Sequence record: SRR31156797_17769
DNA: 37,702 bases
Strand: one strand, 5' to 3'
Below, in pieces: positions 36,598-37,702 of this stretch. The number at the start of each line of letters is the position of its first letter. Position 1 is the stretch's first letter. The notes below the pieces were generated by a model. That model was not told the DNA's origin. It made no database searches and saw only the letters and a list, made by a program, of their open reading frames with translations. A program made the translations under genes and the position numbers.

Positions 36598-37602
36598 ATG
36601 TCTGATAAAGTACTTCTCGATTACGGCAGCGGAGGACGCGCTTCACAGCGCCTTATTTCCCAGCTTTTTCTGGGGCATCTCGGTAACGATGAATTGAATC
36701 GCCTTAATGATGCTGCAGAATTGTCCATGTCCGGTCGGCTGGCCATGTCCACAGATTCTTTTACCGTGGACCCCATTTTCTTCCCTGGTGGGAACATCGG
36801 TTCTTTGGCTGTACACGGTACGGTCAACGACGTTGCCATGATGGGTGCTATCCCTCGGTATATGACCTGCGGGTATATAATTGAGGAAGGCTTGCCTATG
36901 GATGATCTTGAAAAGATCGTTGAAGCCATGGGTGAAGCCGTACGGCATGCTGGTGTATCTATCGTTTCCGGTGATACAAAGGTTGTCCCCAAGGGGGCGG
37001 TAGACAAGATTTTCATCAACACCACTGGTGTCGGTGACATTATCGTGGACCCGGCTCCCAGCGGCGACGCTGCTCGGCCCGGTGATGCTGTGCTCATTTC
37101 CGGCACAATCGGTGATCATGGTCTGACAATTCTCGGTACTCGTGAAGGTCTTGAATTTGAGGCCGATGTTCAGTCCGATTCCGCAGCCCTCAACCATTTG
37201 CTTGTAAAAATGGTACAGGAACTCCCCGAAGTGCACGTCATGCGTGACCCCACTCGTGGTGGTCTGGCAACGACGCTGAACGAGATTACCGTCAGCTCCA
37301 ACGTTTGTTGTGAGCTGCAGGAAAATGACATCCCGGTTCGGTCCGAGGTCAAGGGTGGGTGTTCCATCCTTGGTCTTGATCCGCTGTATCTCGCCAACGA
37401 AGGCAAGTTCATCTGCATTTTGCCCGAGGAACATGCCGAAAAAGCCCTCGAGATCATGCGCGCCGACCCACTCGGTCAGGATGCATGTCGTATCGGCACC
37501 ATGACCGACGCCAACCCCGGCAAGGTCGTGCTCGTCACACAGCTCGGTGGCAAGCGTCTGCTCGGTATGCTCGAAGGTGAGCAGTTGCCGAGGATTTGCT
37601 AG
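36598..37602 (+). CDS. hypE: Hydrogenase maturation carbamoyl dehydratase HypE
   Basis: GSGG, TDSF.V.PIFFPGG.IG.LAVHGTVND, GDTKVV, RDPTRGG, ANEGK, C-terminal LPRIC. Confidence 0.97.
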   Translation: MSDKVLLDYGSGGRASQRLISQLFLGHLGNDELNRLNDAAELSMSGRLAMSTDSFTVDPIFFPGGNIGSLAVHGTVNDVAMMGAIPRYMTCGYIIEEGLPMDDLEKIVEAMGEAVRHAGVSIVSGDTKVVPKGAVDKIFINTTGVGDIIVDPAPSGDAARPGDAVLISGTIGDHGLTILGTREGLEFEADVQSDSAALNHLLVKMVQELPEVHVMRDPTRGGLATTLNEITVSSNVCCELQENDIPVRSEVKGGCSILGLDPLYLANEGKFICILPEEHAEKALEIMRADPLGQDACRIGTMTDANPGKVVLVTQLGGKRLLGMLEGEQLPRIC

Positions 37603-37625
37603 CTGAACAGCGAATTAATGAATGT

Positions 37626-37662
37626 AAAAAAAGGCCTCCGGGAAACCGGGGGTCTTTTTTTT
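37626..37662 (+). terminator. Intrinsic (likely bidirectional) terminator after hypE
   Basis: A-tract, GGCCTCCGG-GAAA-CCGGGGGTC stem-loop, T8. Confidence 0.85.
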
Positions 37663-37666
37663 GGAT

Positions 37667-37702
37667 GCCTCTGGCGGCTTAAGAACCCTTTGAAAAGGGT
37701 TC
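37667..37702 (+). repeat. REP-like palindromic element, copy D (cut by window edge)
   Basis: GCCTCTGGCGGC followed by GAACCCTT-TGAA-AAGGGTTC. Confidence 0.75.

Noticed and set aside
35462-36646. 394-aa minus-strand ORF
   Set aside because: Antisense shadow of hypD with no recognisable motifs; expected from codon bias.
35501-37602. hypD-hypE without hypC/hypF as a defective cluster
   Set aside because: hyp genes are often dispersed, both ORFs have intact motifs, and the rest of the genome is not visible.

Overview
Core-chromosome window from a sulfate-reducing Desulfovibrionaceae bacterium (Pseudodesulfovibrio-like; inferred from gene content and order). It holds about 41 CDS. Left: gatA (partial), mnmA, two paralogous TPR lipoproteins, then mtaB-DUF4416-yicC-remA-gmk-pyrF-TPR-HDOD-recJ. 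Middle: a minus-strand RACo/ASKHA-Rsm22-lipB-lipA operon, a PilZ gene, a cobalamin-riboswitch-controlled cbiK(periplasmic)-ABC transporter-cbiL-cbiK(cytoplasmic) operon, and a receiver/Hpt-STAS/CheA cluster. Right: trmH-tsaC, NUDIX-pdxA-gmhB, HD-ddl-waaA-kdsB-carA-TPR, an orphan multi-TM protein and hypD-hypE. I found no transposase, integrase, CRISPR array, tRNA or rRNA. The most notable unannotated signals are: (1) a near-consensus sigma54 promoter driving a ~70-nt ORF-less, hairpin-terminated RNA with an anti-Shine-Dalgarno-like 5' seed (26225-26320); (2) four copies of a covarying REP-like palindrome family with a fixed TGAA loop and GNA mini-hairpins, two of them forming an inverted doublet; (3) a split CheA whose phosphoacceptor Hpt sits on a separate Hpt-STAS protein. 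All calls come from reading motifs by eye; no database search was run.
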